Source: a virus
Lineage: Duplodnaviria > Caudoviricetes
DNA length: 64,000 nucleotides
Direction: 5' to 3' (one strand)
IMG/VR virus record: IMGVR_UViG_3300037400_005963
Coordinates: 64,001-128,000 of that record
The notes beneath the pieces are model-generated. The model had not been told where the DNA came from. It made no database searches and was given only the letters and a program-made list of their open reading frames with translations. The first letter of the stretch is position 1; each line of letters starts with the position of its first letter. The translations under genes and the position numbers were made by a program. This document shows, piece after piece, positions 9,041 through 17,971 of the stretch.

Positions 9041-10918
9041 TTAAAATATACTTTCTAACATACTCTGAATCGCCTGACCTGATTCTTCTCTGGCTGAACG
9101 ATATAAAGAATTAATAGCAGATAACTGTTTCTTAACACCACCGCCACCTTCTTCTAAGTATTCAGAATATTTCTCATAACAGGCCCAGAGAGAACCAACC
9201 ACTGCATCTGCTATATCTTTTGTACCTGGTTTTTCACCAACTCGATCAGAATAATCAAACTCAAATGAAGAGCTAAATTCTGGATGGTCGATTTTTATGT
9301 GAGACCCATCTTTTCCATTCGACACTATTTTAAGTTCAGAACATTCACGCAAGAGAGTTTTATTATATACCATAGTAGCTCTCTCTGAATTCACAATATT
9401 CTTAAACATAAAATAAGGTTCAGTTGTTTTATCAACGGAAATCACTTTATACTTTATACCCGCTCTTTCACAGCTCTGGAATAAACCGGCGCTAGCAAAA
9501 CCATCGGCACTGACATGAATATCATAATCAAGCGAAAGTCTCTGAACTAACTGGAATAAGTGGTCAAGTGAGGTTTTCTGTCCATCTTTTCTACTTAGAC
9601 CTAAGATAATAGGGAATCTAAATTTAGGGTAAGGTGTTTTATCAAACTTATCCTTACTAATTACTTCCCCATCGTAATGACAGATACTAATACCCGTTAT
9701 ATCCTTCACTAGACCAATATCGAAGTGAATAAATAACGTCAATCCCTTTGGCACACGGAATAGCATGTGTGATATTCTATTATACAGACTATCGGATAGG
9801 TCAAAGAAATCGATGTCCTTTATAATGTCATCACATAAATTAGGAATGGTACAACAATTAACGAGATGAGATATCGAACCGTTGAAGAAGAGTTCCTTCC
9901 CTGAATATGGAAAACCGGCCAAGTCTTGAAGTGACCTAACTGGATCTAACATGAAGTTTCTCTTAACCTGAATTGGACAACTAATTATTCTATCCTTATC
10001 AAGTTCTTTCCTATCTTCTTCCTCTTCGATGACATGCGGAGATCTAACCGAATCACCACGATAGAAATCAAAAGTTAATCCTTCGCTCTCATTATATAGT
10101 TCAGGTCTAGCTACCCAATGTGAAAATTTAGCAAGGAACAATTCATCCTCGGGAACAGCCTCTTCAAATTTATCCGCCACCGAATGATCTGCATCTTTCG
10201 CCGACGAGTCAAGTACCACCGATCCAAAAGTAAAACGTTTGGCAATGAAACGAGATTGATAACGGATCAGAGTTTCACTCATCTTAGACATCGCATCGGA
10301 AGGTTTCCAGAATCCAATCTCACTTAGAACTGAGAAGATTAGCTGAGTACCTATGACGCTACCCACTGCCTTAGGGCCGCTTGAGATAAATCGAATAGCG
10401 GGATTATGATATAAATTCTTAAAATAAGGACTAACATCAAAAATTCCCCTAAAATACTGAACAAAGTCTTTATGAGCCGTTTGTTCATTAGCATGGAAGA
10501 AACCAAATGCCAACTTAACACCACCTGCCAAACCAAGAGATCTAAGACAATCAACACAACAATCAAGTCTATGATAAGTATAAAGACCCATTAATTTTGC
10601 CATAGTTGATTTACCAGATCCAATACAACCACCAAATGACACATATGGAGTTTTTGTTGTAATAGGAGTTGGGTAAATTTCTTTTCCACAGTCTTTCCAA
10701 ATTTGAAAGATTGATTTCCCCTGATTTGTTATTTGTGGTGAACCTAGAAAATAGTCATCACATAAGAATTGTTCAAATGTACAAGGGAGATGATCCATTC
10801 CTAGAAGTTTTGCACCCACTAAGAGTTTTTCACTCTCAGTTAACTTTGTATATTGTGCCTTTATATTCATAGACCCCAAGGACTTTGTAGGGTCCGTGTG
10901 ATCTACAAAATTATTCAT
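9041..10918 (-). CDS. terL: Terminase large subunit
   Basis: Walker A GCIGSGKS; Walker B-like FSVLSE; motif III VLDSS; nuclease IHFDIG and KDIADAV. Confidence 0.85.
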   Translation of the reverse strand: MNNFVDHTDPTKSLGSMNIKAQYTKLTESEKLLVGAKLLGMDHLPCTFEQFLCDDYFLGSPQITNQGKSIFQIWKDCGKEIYPTPITTKTPYVSFGGCIGSGKSTMAKLMGLYTYHRLDCCVDCLRSLGLAGGVKLAFGFFHANEQTAHKDFVQYFRGIFDVSPYFKNLYHNPAIRFISSGPKAVGSVIGTQLIFSVLSEIGFWKPSDAMSKMSETLIRYQSRFIAKRFTFGSVVLDSSAKDADHSVADKFEEAVPEDELFLAKFSHWVARPELYNESEGLTFDFYRGDSVRSPHVIEEEEDRKELDKDRIISCPIQVKRNFMLDPVRSLQDLAGFPYSGKELFFNGSISHLVNCCTIPNLCDDIIKDIDFFDLSDSLYNRISHMLFRVPKGLTLFIHFDIGLVKDITGISICHYDGEVISKDKFDKTPYPKFRFPIILGLSRKDGQKTSLDHLFQLVQRLSLDYDIHVSADGFASAGLFQSCERAGIKYKVISVDKTTEPYFMFKNIVNSERATMVYNKTLLRECSELKIVSNGKDGSHIKIDHPEFSSSFEFDYSDRVGEKPGTKDIADAVVGSLWACYEKYSEYLEEGGGGVKKQLSAINSLYRSAREESGQAIQSMLESIF

Positions 10919-10924
10919 ATTTTC

Positions 10925-11308
10925 TTAAACTACACTATTTAATACACTTTCTCGTATTGCCTTTTTTGCCTTTGCTGAATTTTCTAGCAAGTTTTCCCTA
11001 CAGCGTCTTCTGTGATAGGCTAAATCTTGGGGTCTCATATTCAAAAATCCATGGATTGGCCCTAAAATACGTCTACCCGAATGTATCTTTCCTTCCAAAA
11101 CTCCCTCAGTAAAAGGAAGACGATAAGAAGATTTTATAGCCTTTACATTCCCCTTTCTCCAAAGAAACTCTGTTCTATTTACCATGTCATTATCTAGTCC
11201 CCTTAACTGAACTGCAAGATATCTTCGTTTATCTCTTAGTGCTTTTTGTTGAGCAGGAGTTAATCCCCTGTAGTCAGCAAAAGTAAATAATTTTCTCTTT
11301 ACTATCAT
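10925..11308 (-). CDS. Basic putative internal head protein (tag MIVKRKLFT)
   Basis: Shared motif; weakly similar to 13928..14242. Confidence 0.6.
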   Translation of the reverse strand: MIVKRKLFTFADYRGLTPAQQKALRDKRRYLAVQLRGLDNDMVNRTEFLWRKGNVKAIKSSYRLPFTEGVLEGKIHSGRRILGPIHGFLNMRPQDLAYHRRRCRENLLENSAKAKKAIRESVLNSVV

Positions 11309-11352
11309 AATATATTATTCAAATAAATAAGTCCTAAAACTCCCAAATTTTA

Positions 11353-13143
11353 TCATCTACGGTATGGAATTCGTGGATCAGCATACGAGGGATAATATGA
11401 AGAATATGGATAATTATATCTCAAATACCTTGTAATATCCATAACATATGGTGAATGAGAAAGTCTATTAGATAATAATGGGGCATTTCTTAATTGACGA
11501 CCGCCCCCCATATTAGATCTCGGAGGCCTTGTTTTAATTAAATTTATTAATCGATTAGTAAGCGCATAATCATGACGTCTATCTCCAGTATTAGGATTAT
11601 AGTAACGATTACCGTTAGGATTGCCATATAATCTAGTATTAATTTCCGGCGCAATCCACCTATAAGGAGAAAGATTCATGGCGCCTTTAAGATCTGCATA
11701 ATTCATTGTCAGATAGGCAGAAACCATATTACTACTACCAGCCTTAGGGGCAGAGTTCACGTATTTATGATACCAACCCTTACTTTTGTCTAACAAATTA
11801 AGCGATTCATTAGAGGCCCATTCCCTTGTCCAAGTTTTTGGTTTAAGATTGGCGGCCTTATTCATTTCATGAGCTAGTCTCGGATAATGAATAAGTGGTC
11901 TCGATACGTATTTTTTGAGCGGCTCACGAACATACGGAGTTACAATTTTATTAGTAAAAGGTTGAGCTATTTTTTCCTCAAACAGACCTTTGCCACTATT
12001 TATATATGTCGATCCTTTGCTAGCTAGGTTAGTTACCGTAGGTCTTACTCCACTCGTTAATCCTCGAGCACCAGCTTCCGCATAAAGATATGGCTTTACA
12101 ACAAGCTTATCAACGCCCTTGTTGAACGCGTTCTTTGCATAATTAGTAGCAGCACCGGGAAGACGGGTTAGGATTGCCGCTTGAGCCGGATTTAAAAATT
12201 TTCCAAATTGGGTAGATATCTTACCACCTATATACTTTCTTGCTTGATTAGTATATTTACTAACATATCCACCTGTAGCATCAATGATAGATCCTATTCC
12301 ACTATTTATTTTACTGAATGTATTAGGTGCAATACTATTTCCTAGATAACGCATAGTATTTCCTGTCTGCTTCCAAGCCCATTTACCAAACTTTGGGCCA
12401 AGAATATCAGCCAGGCCTGTTACAGTAGCATCTTTTGCAAATCCGGATAATCCAGTGTCTACTTTTATCTCCTTCATTTCAGAGAGAGACGTATCATTTA
12501 ATATATTACTAAGATACTTTGCCATTTCACGATCAGTGGCTGACCAAGTAGACTGACGCTTTCTCAGATCCGACAAATCTTTGCTTGCCTGTGTTCTAAT
12601 ATTCTCTCTCCACCAATTTTCTCTTTTATCGTAATTAACTCCACGTGTATTATTATATAAATCTTTTCCCCAATGCCAGCCCAAACCAGCAGCAACAGAT
12701 TTTGAATTTTTTGACCAAACTGCTATATCTGCTAAAACATTGATACCCTTATTTGCATAATCAAGCATCGTATGCAAAAATCCCGGATCTTTATATTTAT
12801 TATAGGTCTGATAATATACACTGTTTAAAAGTCCTGCTTTTTTAAGAAGATCCATATTTACCTTCTGATTGGGACTAAATAACTTAGGAGTAGGTACCGC
12901 CGGAGATGATGAACTCGTAGGAAGTTTCAAAGCCCCCCGATTCTTTCCAGGAGTGTTAAAAACAACTTTATTTGTTTTTGGATCTATGTAATAAATCGGG
13001 TTTTGGGGCGCAGCTTTTTTTCTATTCCAAGGTAAATAAGGATTATTGTTGAAACTATTTCTACTGTTATTCATCAGTTGGGCATTTTTCCAAGCCTGAG
13101 TACCTGGGATCGCCCACCCATAAGGATTTCTTGGAACTGCCAT
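11353..13143 (-). CDS. Large, very basic N/P/Y/K-rich protein, possibly virion-internal
   Basis: 596-aa ORF, few acidic residues, no Cys. Confidence 0.5.
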   Translation of the reverse strand: MAVPRNPYGWAIPGTQAWKNAQLMNNSRNSFNNNPYLPWNRKKAAPQNPIYYIDPKTNKVVFNTPGKNRGALKLPTSSSSPAVPTPKLFSPNQKVNMDLLKKAGLLNSVYYQTYNKYKDPGFLHTMLDYANKGINVLADIAVWSKNSKSVAAGLGWHWGKDLYNNTRGVNYDKRENWWRENIRTQASKDLSDLRKRQSTWSATDREMAKYLSNILNDTSLSEMKEIKVDTGLSGFAKDATVTGLADILGPKFGKWAWKQTGNTMRYLGNSIAPNTFSKINSGIGSIIDATGGYVSKYTNQARKYIGGKISTQFGKFLNPAQAAILTRLPGAATNYAKNAFNKGVDKLVVKPYLYAEAGARGLTSGVRPTVTNLASKGSTYINSGKGLFEEKIAQPFTNKIVTPYVREPLKKYVSRPLIHYPRLAHEMNKAANLKPKTWTREWASNESLNLLDKSKGWYHKYVNSAPKAGSSNMVSAYLTMNYADLKGAMNLSPYRWIAPEINTRLYGNPNGNRYYNPNTGDRRHDYALTNRLINLIKTRPPRSNMGGGRQLRNAPLLSNRLSHSPYVMDITRYLRYNYPYSSYYPSYADPRIPYRR

Positions 13144-13144
13144 A

Positions 13145-13840
13145 TTAACTATTCTCCTTTCTAAATAATTTCATAAACTCATCTATGGTTCTTTGTGCAT
13201 CGGGATCACCAAGATCGACATCAGTTTCATCCTCTGCTATTTTCTTTAATTCTAGACTATCACCAGTTATTTCTATTTCATTCTTCAATTGACTAAGTTG
13301 ATCAATATACTGAATTAACTTCTCAACTACTATGAAATAATCTGCACTAGATAATCCTTCATTTCCAAATAATCTCTGTGGATCTAATACCCAATCGATG
13401 GTAAGGGATAGTTTTTGAATTAAATGAAGATATAAGATGGGTTTTATTGATTTATATAGTTTCGATACATATAATTCAAGAATTCGGCGAGATTTATCAT
13501 CACTAACTAGGACTAAGGATTTTGATAAGTCCTGGAGATTTAAATGAAGATTAAGGCCGTATTCTTTATTGTAATTTGATAAAACTTGATTCAATGAATT
13601 TTCCATCTCTTTAACTTTAAGAGATGTTTGATTCTTTGCTATTGCACTCGCATCTAAGATCATATTCTTAGCAGCACTAGGAAGAATTGGTGCTCCAGTG
13701 ACTATTGATTTTAACTCGCCGGGATCCATTTCCTCTACTACTGCATCATCTATATAATCACCTTGGACATCAACCTTCCCTTCTTTTTGAAGCAGTTCCT
13801 TTTTAAATTCAGGATCTGCAAAAGGATTGATTGCTTCCAT
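13145..13840 (-). CDS. Acidic helical protein, possible terminase small subunit
   Basis: ORF is solid; function guessed only from position upstream of terL. Confidence 0.35.
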   Translation of the reverse strand: MEAINPFADPEFKKELLQKEGKVDVQGDYIDDAVVEEMDPGELKSIVTGAPILPSAAKNMILDASAIAKNQTSLKVKEMENSLNQVLSNYNKEYGLNLHLNLQDLSKSLVLVSDDKSRRILELYVSKLYKSIKPILYLHLIQKLSLTIDWVLDPQRLFGNEGLSSADYFIVVEKLIQYIDQLSQLKNEIEITGDSLELKKIAEDETDVDLGDPDAQRTIDEFMKLFRKENS

Positions 13841-13927
13841 ACACTTTAATAATTATTTTATATAATTAGACCTACCCCTCCCATTGAAAGGAAGTCCCAA
13901 AATTAGACGGGGAAGGTTATATATTGA

Positions 13928-14242
13928 TTAGCGCTTACTGTTTCTAAGTACTAGGTTTTTCAATCTAGTGAAACCTTTATTATATTTCTTTGCTATTGAT
14001 CTCTCAGCATCTTTTGCTAAGTTATCATAAAACATTTGAGATCTCCAAGCAGTATTTGCGCGATAATGTGAATCACCAACTTTTTTGGCAATTTGAGCAG
14101 TTTCATTAATGGCTTGTCTAGACTGATTTAAACCCTGTGCTAGATTATTTCTTCTAACCCTTAATTCCTCGGCAGCCTGATTTCCATACCTTTTCGCAAA
14201 ATCTCCATAATTGAAGAATAATTTATTTCTTAATACTATCAT
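13928..14242 (-). CDS. Basic putative internal head protein (tag MIVLRNKLFF)
   Basis: Shared N-terminal motif. Confidence 0.6.
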   Translation of the reverse strand: MIVLRNKLFFNYGDFAKRYGNQAAEELRVRRNNLAQGLNQSRQAINETAQIAKKVGDSHYRANTAWRSQMFYDNLAKDAERSIAKKYNKGFTRLKNLVLRNSKR

Positions 14243-14637
14243 ATTAATCCCTCCTGCAATGCTTGTCGTCTAGCAGCATTTAAACTTCTCTTATTTTGAA
14301 CAGCAATGGTATTTTTCCCCATTCCATCAACTACCTTACTTAATCCATTCTGTGTACCATTCTGGATATTTCTAGCAGCCTCTCGAATATTTTTTATAGT
14401 ATGTCTTGCTTGAACTCTATCTGCAATTCCCTCAATATTGTTTAATGAATTGCTTATATTTCTTTGACCGCCTCTTTTTAAACCAGCAACAACACCACGA
14501 AGACCCCTTCGACTACCTGGCTCTAATGCAGTTTGTTCTAGGGAAGGCAATAATTTAAGCCCATACTTTAGATTTGCTTTCTTTAATGCCCCTCTTCTAG
14601 CTGCACAGGTAAAATTTTTATTTCTCAGTATAATCAT
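14239..14637 (-). CDS. Basic putative internal head protein (tag MIILRNKNFT)
   Basis: Shared N-terminal motif; first gene of the operon. Confidence 0.6.
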   Translation of the reverse strand: MIILRNKNFTCAARRGALKKANLKYGLKLLPSLEQTALEPGSRRGLRGVVAGLKRGGQRNISNSLNNIEGIADRVQARHTIKNIREAARNIQNGTQNGLSKVVDGMGKNTIAVQNKRSLNAARRQALQEGLI

Positions 14638-14665
14638 CTTTCCTCTATTAAATTTTGTAGTTAAA

Positions 14666-14815
14666 TAAAAGGTGTCTCAATGCAGGAGTCGGGTGAAAAA
14701 GGGAATAACCTATATCCCTAATCCAATTCCTCAAGCTAGACCTGCATTGGACACTCCCCTGAAAATCTATGATTTCATATTGTAGAGGAAAAAATGAAAA
14801 ATATATGTTTCCTCT
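14666..14815 (-). ncRNA. Structured leader or small RNA upstream of the head operon
   Basis: Phage promoter at 14825-14815; hairpin AGAGGAAA/TTTCCTCT; long stem 14672-14686/14741-14754 followed by a short U-run. Confidence 0.45.
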
Positions 14816-14825
14816 GTATATAAGG
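14815..14825 (-). promoter_or_regulatory. Phage promoter (CCTTAT-N4-R) pointing into the head operon
   Basis: CCTTATATAC-A on minus strand; matches the recurrent motif. Confidence 0.6.
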
Positions 14826-15135
14826 AAAAATTAAAAATAAGGGAAAAAAGATGGGGGATTTAACGTTAAAAAATGTTTCAAATGTTAATAAAACATAGAA
14901 TTTAGCATCTAAGTGTTAAAATGGAAGAAAAGTTTTATCAAGTTAGGAGAAACCCCGAAGAAGAATTTAAGGAAATTTCGGGTAATTTAGGGACAAAATT
15001 AAAAAGAAAACTGGAGATTTAATAAAAACAAAATCTAAAATTAAGAGATTTTGTCCAGATTCCGATAAAATGAATTCAATAGAGGAAATTTGTAGAGAAA
15101 TATAAATATAGTTAAATTTTTATTTTCCTCACTTT

Positions 15136-15146
15136 CCTTATATATA
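15136..15146 (+). promoter_or_regulatory. Phage promoter; predicted start is the A of the ATG (leaderless)
   Basis: CCTTAT-ATAT-ATG. Confidence 0.6.
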
Positions 15147-15439
15147 TGATACAGCCAGGAAAAAATATAATTTATGATTCAAGTCAAGAAAGAGTAAGTT
15201 TAGAATATCTTTTAGCTCATACCAATAAAAGATATAGTGAACTCTTAAAAACTATTAAGCATGTAGATACAAGTTTAAACTTACAGGGAACTACTTGGAG
15301 AATACAAGGCTATATTCCCCTAGAAGACTTCAAAGATATCGGTGGGGGATTGAGTTTAATTTTAAAATTCTCTGCTTACATCGGAATAACAAAAGAGGGA
15401 TTAGAAATATGGTCACTGGAACTAGAATATGTCCCGTGA
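15146..15439 (+). CDS. Hypothetical protein
   Basis: ORF track. Confidence 0.6.
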   Translation: MIQPGKNIIYDSSQERVSLEYLLAHTNKRYSELLKTIKHVDTSLNLQGTTWRIQGYIPLEDFKDIGGGLSLILKFSAYIGITKEGLEIWSLELEYVP

Positions 15440-15452
15440 TACCCTTATAAGT

Positions 15453-15528
15453 AACAGATAGTTTCATTTTAGGTAAATTTGTAAAACTAACTCGGATCTG
15501 AGAAAGATGTGAGTTAGTTATTTTTTTT
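15453..15528 (+). ncRNA. Candidate antisense sRNA 1 (32-nt anti-start segment + GAGAA-loop hairpin + U-tract)
   Basis: Own promoter 15443-15453; stem AACTAACTC/GAGTTAGTT, inner ATCT-GAGAA-AGAT; no ORF. Confidence 0.65.
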
Positions 15529-15612
15529 CTATCCGCTAAATCTAAAATCCTATCATACCCTTATATGCAGAGATAATTAAAACTTATTATATTAATGAAA
15601 CTTTTTTATTAA

Positions 15613-16944
15613 ATGAGCAAAAAAACATCAACAAAGAAGAGTTATGTTTACTTGGCAGCAGAGGTAGATAAAAAAGGCAACCACATACACTACAAGATCG
15701 GTTGCTCTACCCAAGTAGAAAAGCGAGTAAATGGAAAAATCACGAGTGACAACGGGAATGACATCATCCTGTTGAAAAAGAAAGAAGGTGATCGCGAATT
15801 AGAGAGATACCTGATCTACACTCGATATAAAAAGTATCGAATCCACGGAGAATGGTTTTTACCAGATAAATTTATTTTCGCGGATTTTGATTCGGTCATC
15901 AAACCAGACGATGCAAAAGTTCTTATTGAGAATTATGAAAATGCACTGGACGAGAGTGGCCGAAGGCAGAAAGTTGAAAAAATTACTAAGATCTCCAAGA
16001 GAGAGATCAAGAAAGTGATGAAGAACTGCGGAGGATACACGTTGAAGCTTGAGGGCGGAGCACGTCATTTTATTGACATTAAGAAAGCCGTCAAGAATAA
16101 CGTTCCCCTGCTTACACCTTCATACAACCGCGTGCACGGTCCCGATCAACAGAGGACCGGCAAGAGTATAAGTCTGTATGGATCACAAGGTCCACTGATG
16201 GTTATTACGCCTATCATGGCGGATGCAGCCGGAATAGAATACAGACATTTTGATGGAACCAAGTGTTCCGCATCAGATAAGAAGACAGGTTTGGTCATCG
16301 TCGATGGTAATGGACGAGTAGATTACTTACTCAAAGTCCCATTTGAATATTGGCCAAAAACCTTAATCGCGAGCTTTCCTGTAGAAGATTGTTTGGGCTA
16401 TTACGATATTGCAAAAATAATTCAGGAAGTTAACGTAAACACGAAGCCCTGGCATACCGCAGATTATAATTTAATGAGAGCGATTGAAAGGGGCCCACAT
16501 CCGATGTTTGATTCAATCCAAGAAGCAAGAGCTAAAGGATATCCTTATAGCACAGCTTGTATAATCTATACGCTGAGGGATAATATTAAGAAGAGCACTA
16601 TTCTTGGAACGAAAGACAACGACGAACTTGCTGAAAACTATAAATACGCATTAATCGTCCACGAAGAGATGGTTAAGAAGTTTGGCGAGGGAAAAGACGG
16701 AGTGATTAAATCCATTAAGATATCTAAGTTAATTAGAGATCAATGGAATAAGTTTGTGGCATCTAGCGATGCCGATACAGCAACTAAGAGGATCTGTGAG
16801 TTCATAAGATCCATTTCTAAAGATGTAGTTGAGAGAATGCGAGAAGCAACTCCAACGACTACCAAGGAAGGGTTGAGAGTAACTCGAGATGAGGTACGTG
16901 AAAAAGAATTTTCGGTTGCCTTTGATATGTTCATTCATAAATAG
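15613..16944 (+). CDS. T5orf172-type GIY-YIG domain fused to a ParB/Srx-like domain
   Basis: YVYL...YKIGCS...VEKRV...LERYL...GEWF at the N-terminus; YNR...VIVDGNGR centrally. Confidence 0.7.
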   Translation: MSKKTSTKKSYVYLAAEVDKKGNHIHYKIGCSTQVEKRVNGKITSDNGNDIILLKKKEGDRELERYLIYTRYKKYRIHGEWFLPDKFIFADFDSVIKPDDAKVLIENYENALDESGRRQKVEKITKISKREIKKVMKNCGGYTLKLEGGARHFIDIKKAVKNNVPLLTPSYNRVHGPDQQRTGKSISLYGSQGPLMVITPIMADAAGIEYRHFDGTKCSASDKKTGLVIVDGNGRVDYLLKVPFEYWPKTLIASFPVEDCLGYYDIAKIIQEVNVNTKPWHTADYNLMRAIERGPHPMFDSIQEARAKGYPYSTACIIYTLRDNIKKSTILGTKDNDELAENYKYALIVHEEMVKKFGEGKDGVIKSIKISKLIRDQWNKFVASSDADTATKRICEFIRSISKDVVERMREATPTTTKEGLRVTRDEVREKEFSVAFDMFIHK

Positions 16945-16966
16945 ATCTTCTAAAGTTTAGCTTAAG

Positions 16967-17000
16967 GAAGGAGGGATTCGTATTATCCCCCTTCTTTTTC
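16967..17000 (+). terminator. Intrinsic terminator
   Basis: GAAGGAGGGAT/ATCCCCCTTC then a T-run. Confidence 0.75.
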
Positions 17001-17062
17001 TTTCCCCCTACACCCTTATATGCAGAGATAATTAATAATTTACTAATAAAAACAAAAATACT

Positions 17063-17296
17063 ATGACGACAACAATTAATCTAATTGCAGCCGGAGCTGC
17101 CGGTGCACACGTTGGTCAATACAGTGTTGCCAATAAGAAGGATCTCATTCTTGCTATTCAACAGGGATGGGATTATGCCCAAAGCGATCCCTCAATGTGG
17201 GACGCTCAGGAGATGGAAGTCCACGTTCCTGGTAAGGGATACGTAGGAAGTGATTGGAACATCCCAGCAATCTGTGAGAAGCTGGGACTTGAATAA
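17063..17296 (+). CDS. Hypothetical protein
   Basis: Own promoter (17014) and terminator (about 17298-17330). Confidence 0.7.
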   Translation: MTTTINLIAAGAAGAHVGQYSVANKKDLILAIQQGWDYAQSDPSMWDAQEMEVHVPGKGYVGSDWNIPAICEKLGLE

Positions 17297-17565
17297 AAAA
17301 AGTGGGGAATTAACTCCCTTCTTTTTTTATTTCACTCATGAGGGTTTTGAAAGAAAACCACAATACTAAGGAGTTTCCCTGAGCGAAAGCAATAAAAAAA
17401 TAAAAAGAATTCCTATCTATCTCAGACTGGAATTCTACTTTGGCAAACATTAGAAAAAATTTTCAATGATTCTTCATATATAAGAGTATGAAGGGATTTA
17501 ATTACGAAGTCGAGTTTTCCGATAATGAACCTCACCTCGAAGCTCAAGCGAGAGAGGTGATGGTG

Positions 17566-17747
17566 AATAGGAAAATGAGTTAAATGAAGAGGTTCTAACG
17601 AGACTTTGAGTGAAACGAAAAGGGGAGTAGGTTCTCTGAATGAATTATAAAGAAAAGAATTATAATATTCCATTCAAAGAACCTTAACAGATCCTCATTT
17701 CATTCGGATCCTTATAAGAACCTTTTCATTCAACTCTTCCTTCTATT
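17566..17747. other. Four-way cruciform, candidate replication origin element
   Basis: Arms 17566-17596/17717-17747 and 17629-17642/17671-17684; side hairpins with GAGTGAAACGA (top strand) and GAATGAAATGA (bottom strand) loops; AT-repeat at about 17830-17855. Confidence 0.55.
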
Positions 17748-17971
17748 TTTCTTATCTGTCCTCTTTGAGAGAGGCCAGGAAAAATATCAGAAAGAGGCTT
17801 CGCGAATAAAATAAAAAGATTTTCTAAAAAATATGATATATATATATTATATAAGTATTTCCCTCAAAGTTCCAATAAAATTAGAAAAATTTACTAAAAA
17901 AGGAGGTCATTTCCTAATACATAATTAGGGATACTCCTAACTTAATTTGATTAATTTTTAATATAAATTTT

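Larger units (their letters stand above)
15557..17035 (+). repeat. 24-bp identical direct repeat ACCCTTATATGCAGAGATAATTAA (15557-15580, 17012-17035), each copy a promoter
   Basis: Exact match read in the sequence; flanks the 443-aa gene. Confidence 0.85.

Noticed and set aside
17422-17673. 83-aa minus-strand ORF
   Set aside because: Lies across the cruciform, has no protein-like features and no convincing start context
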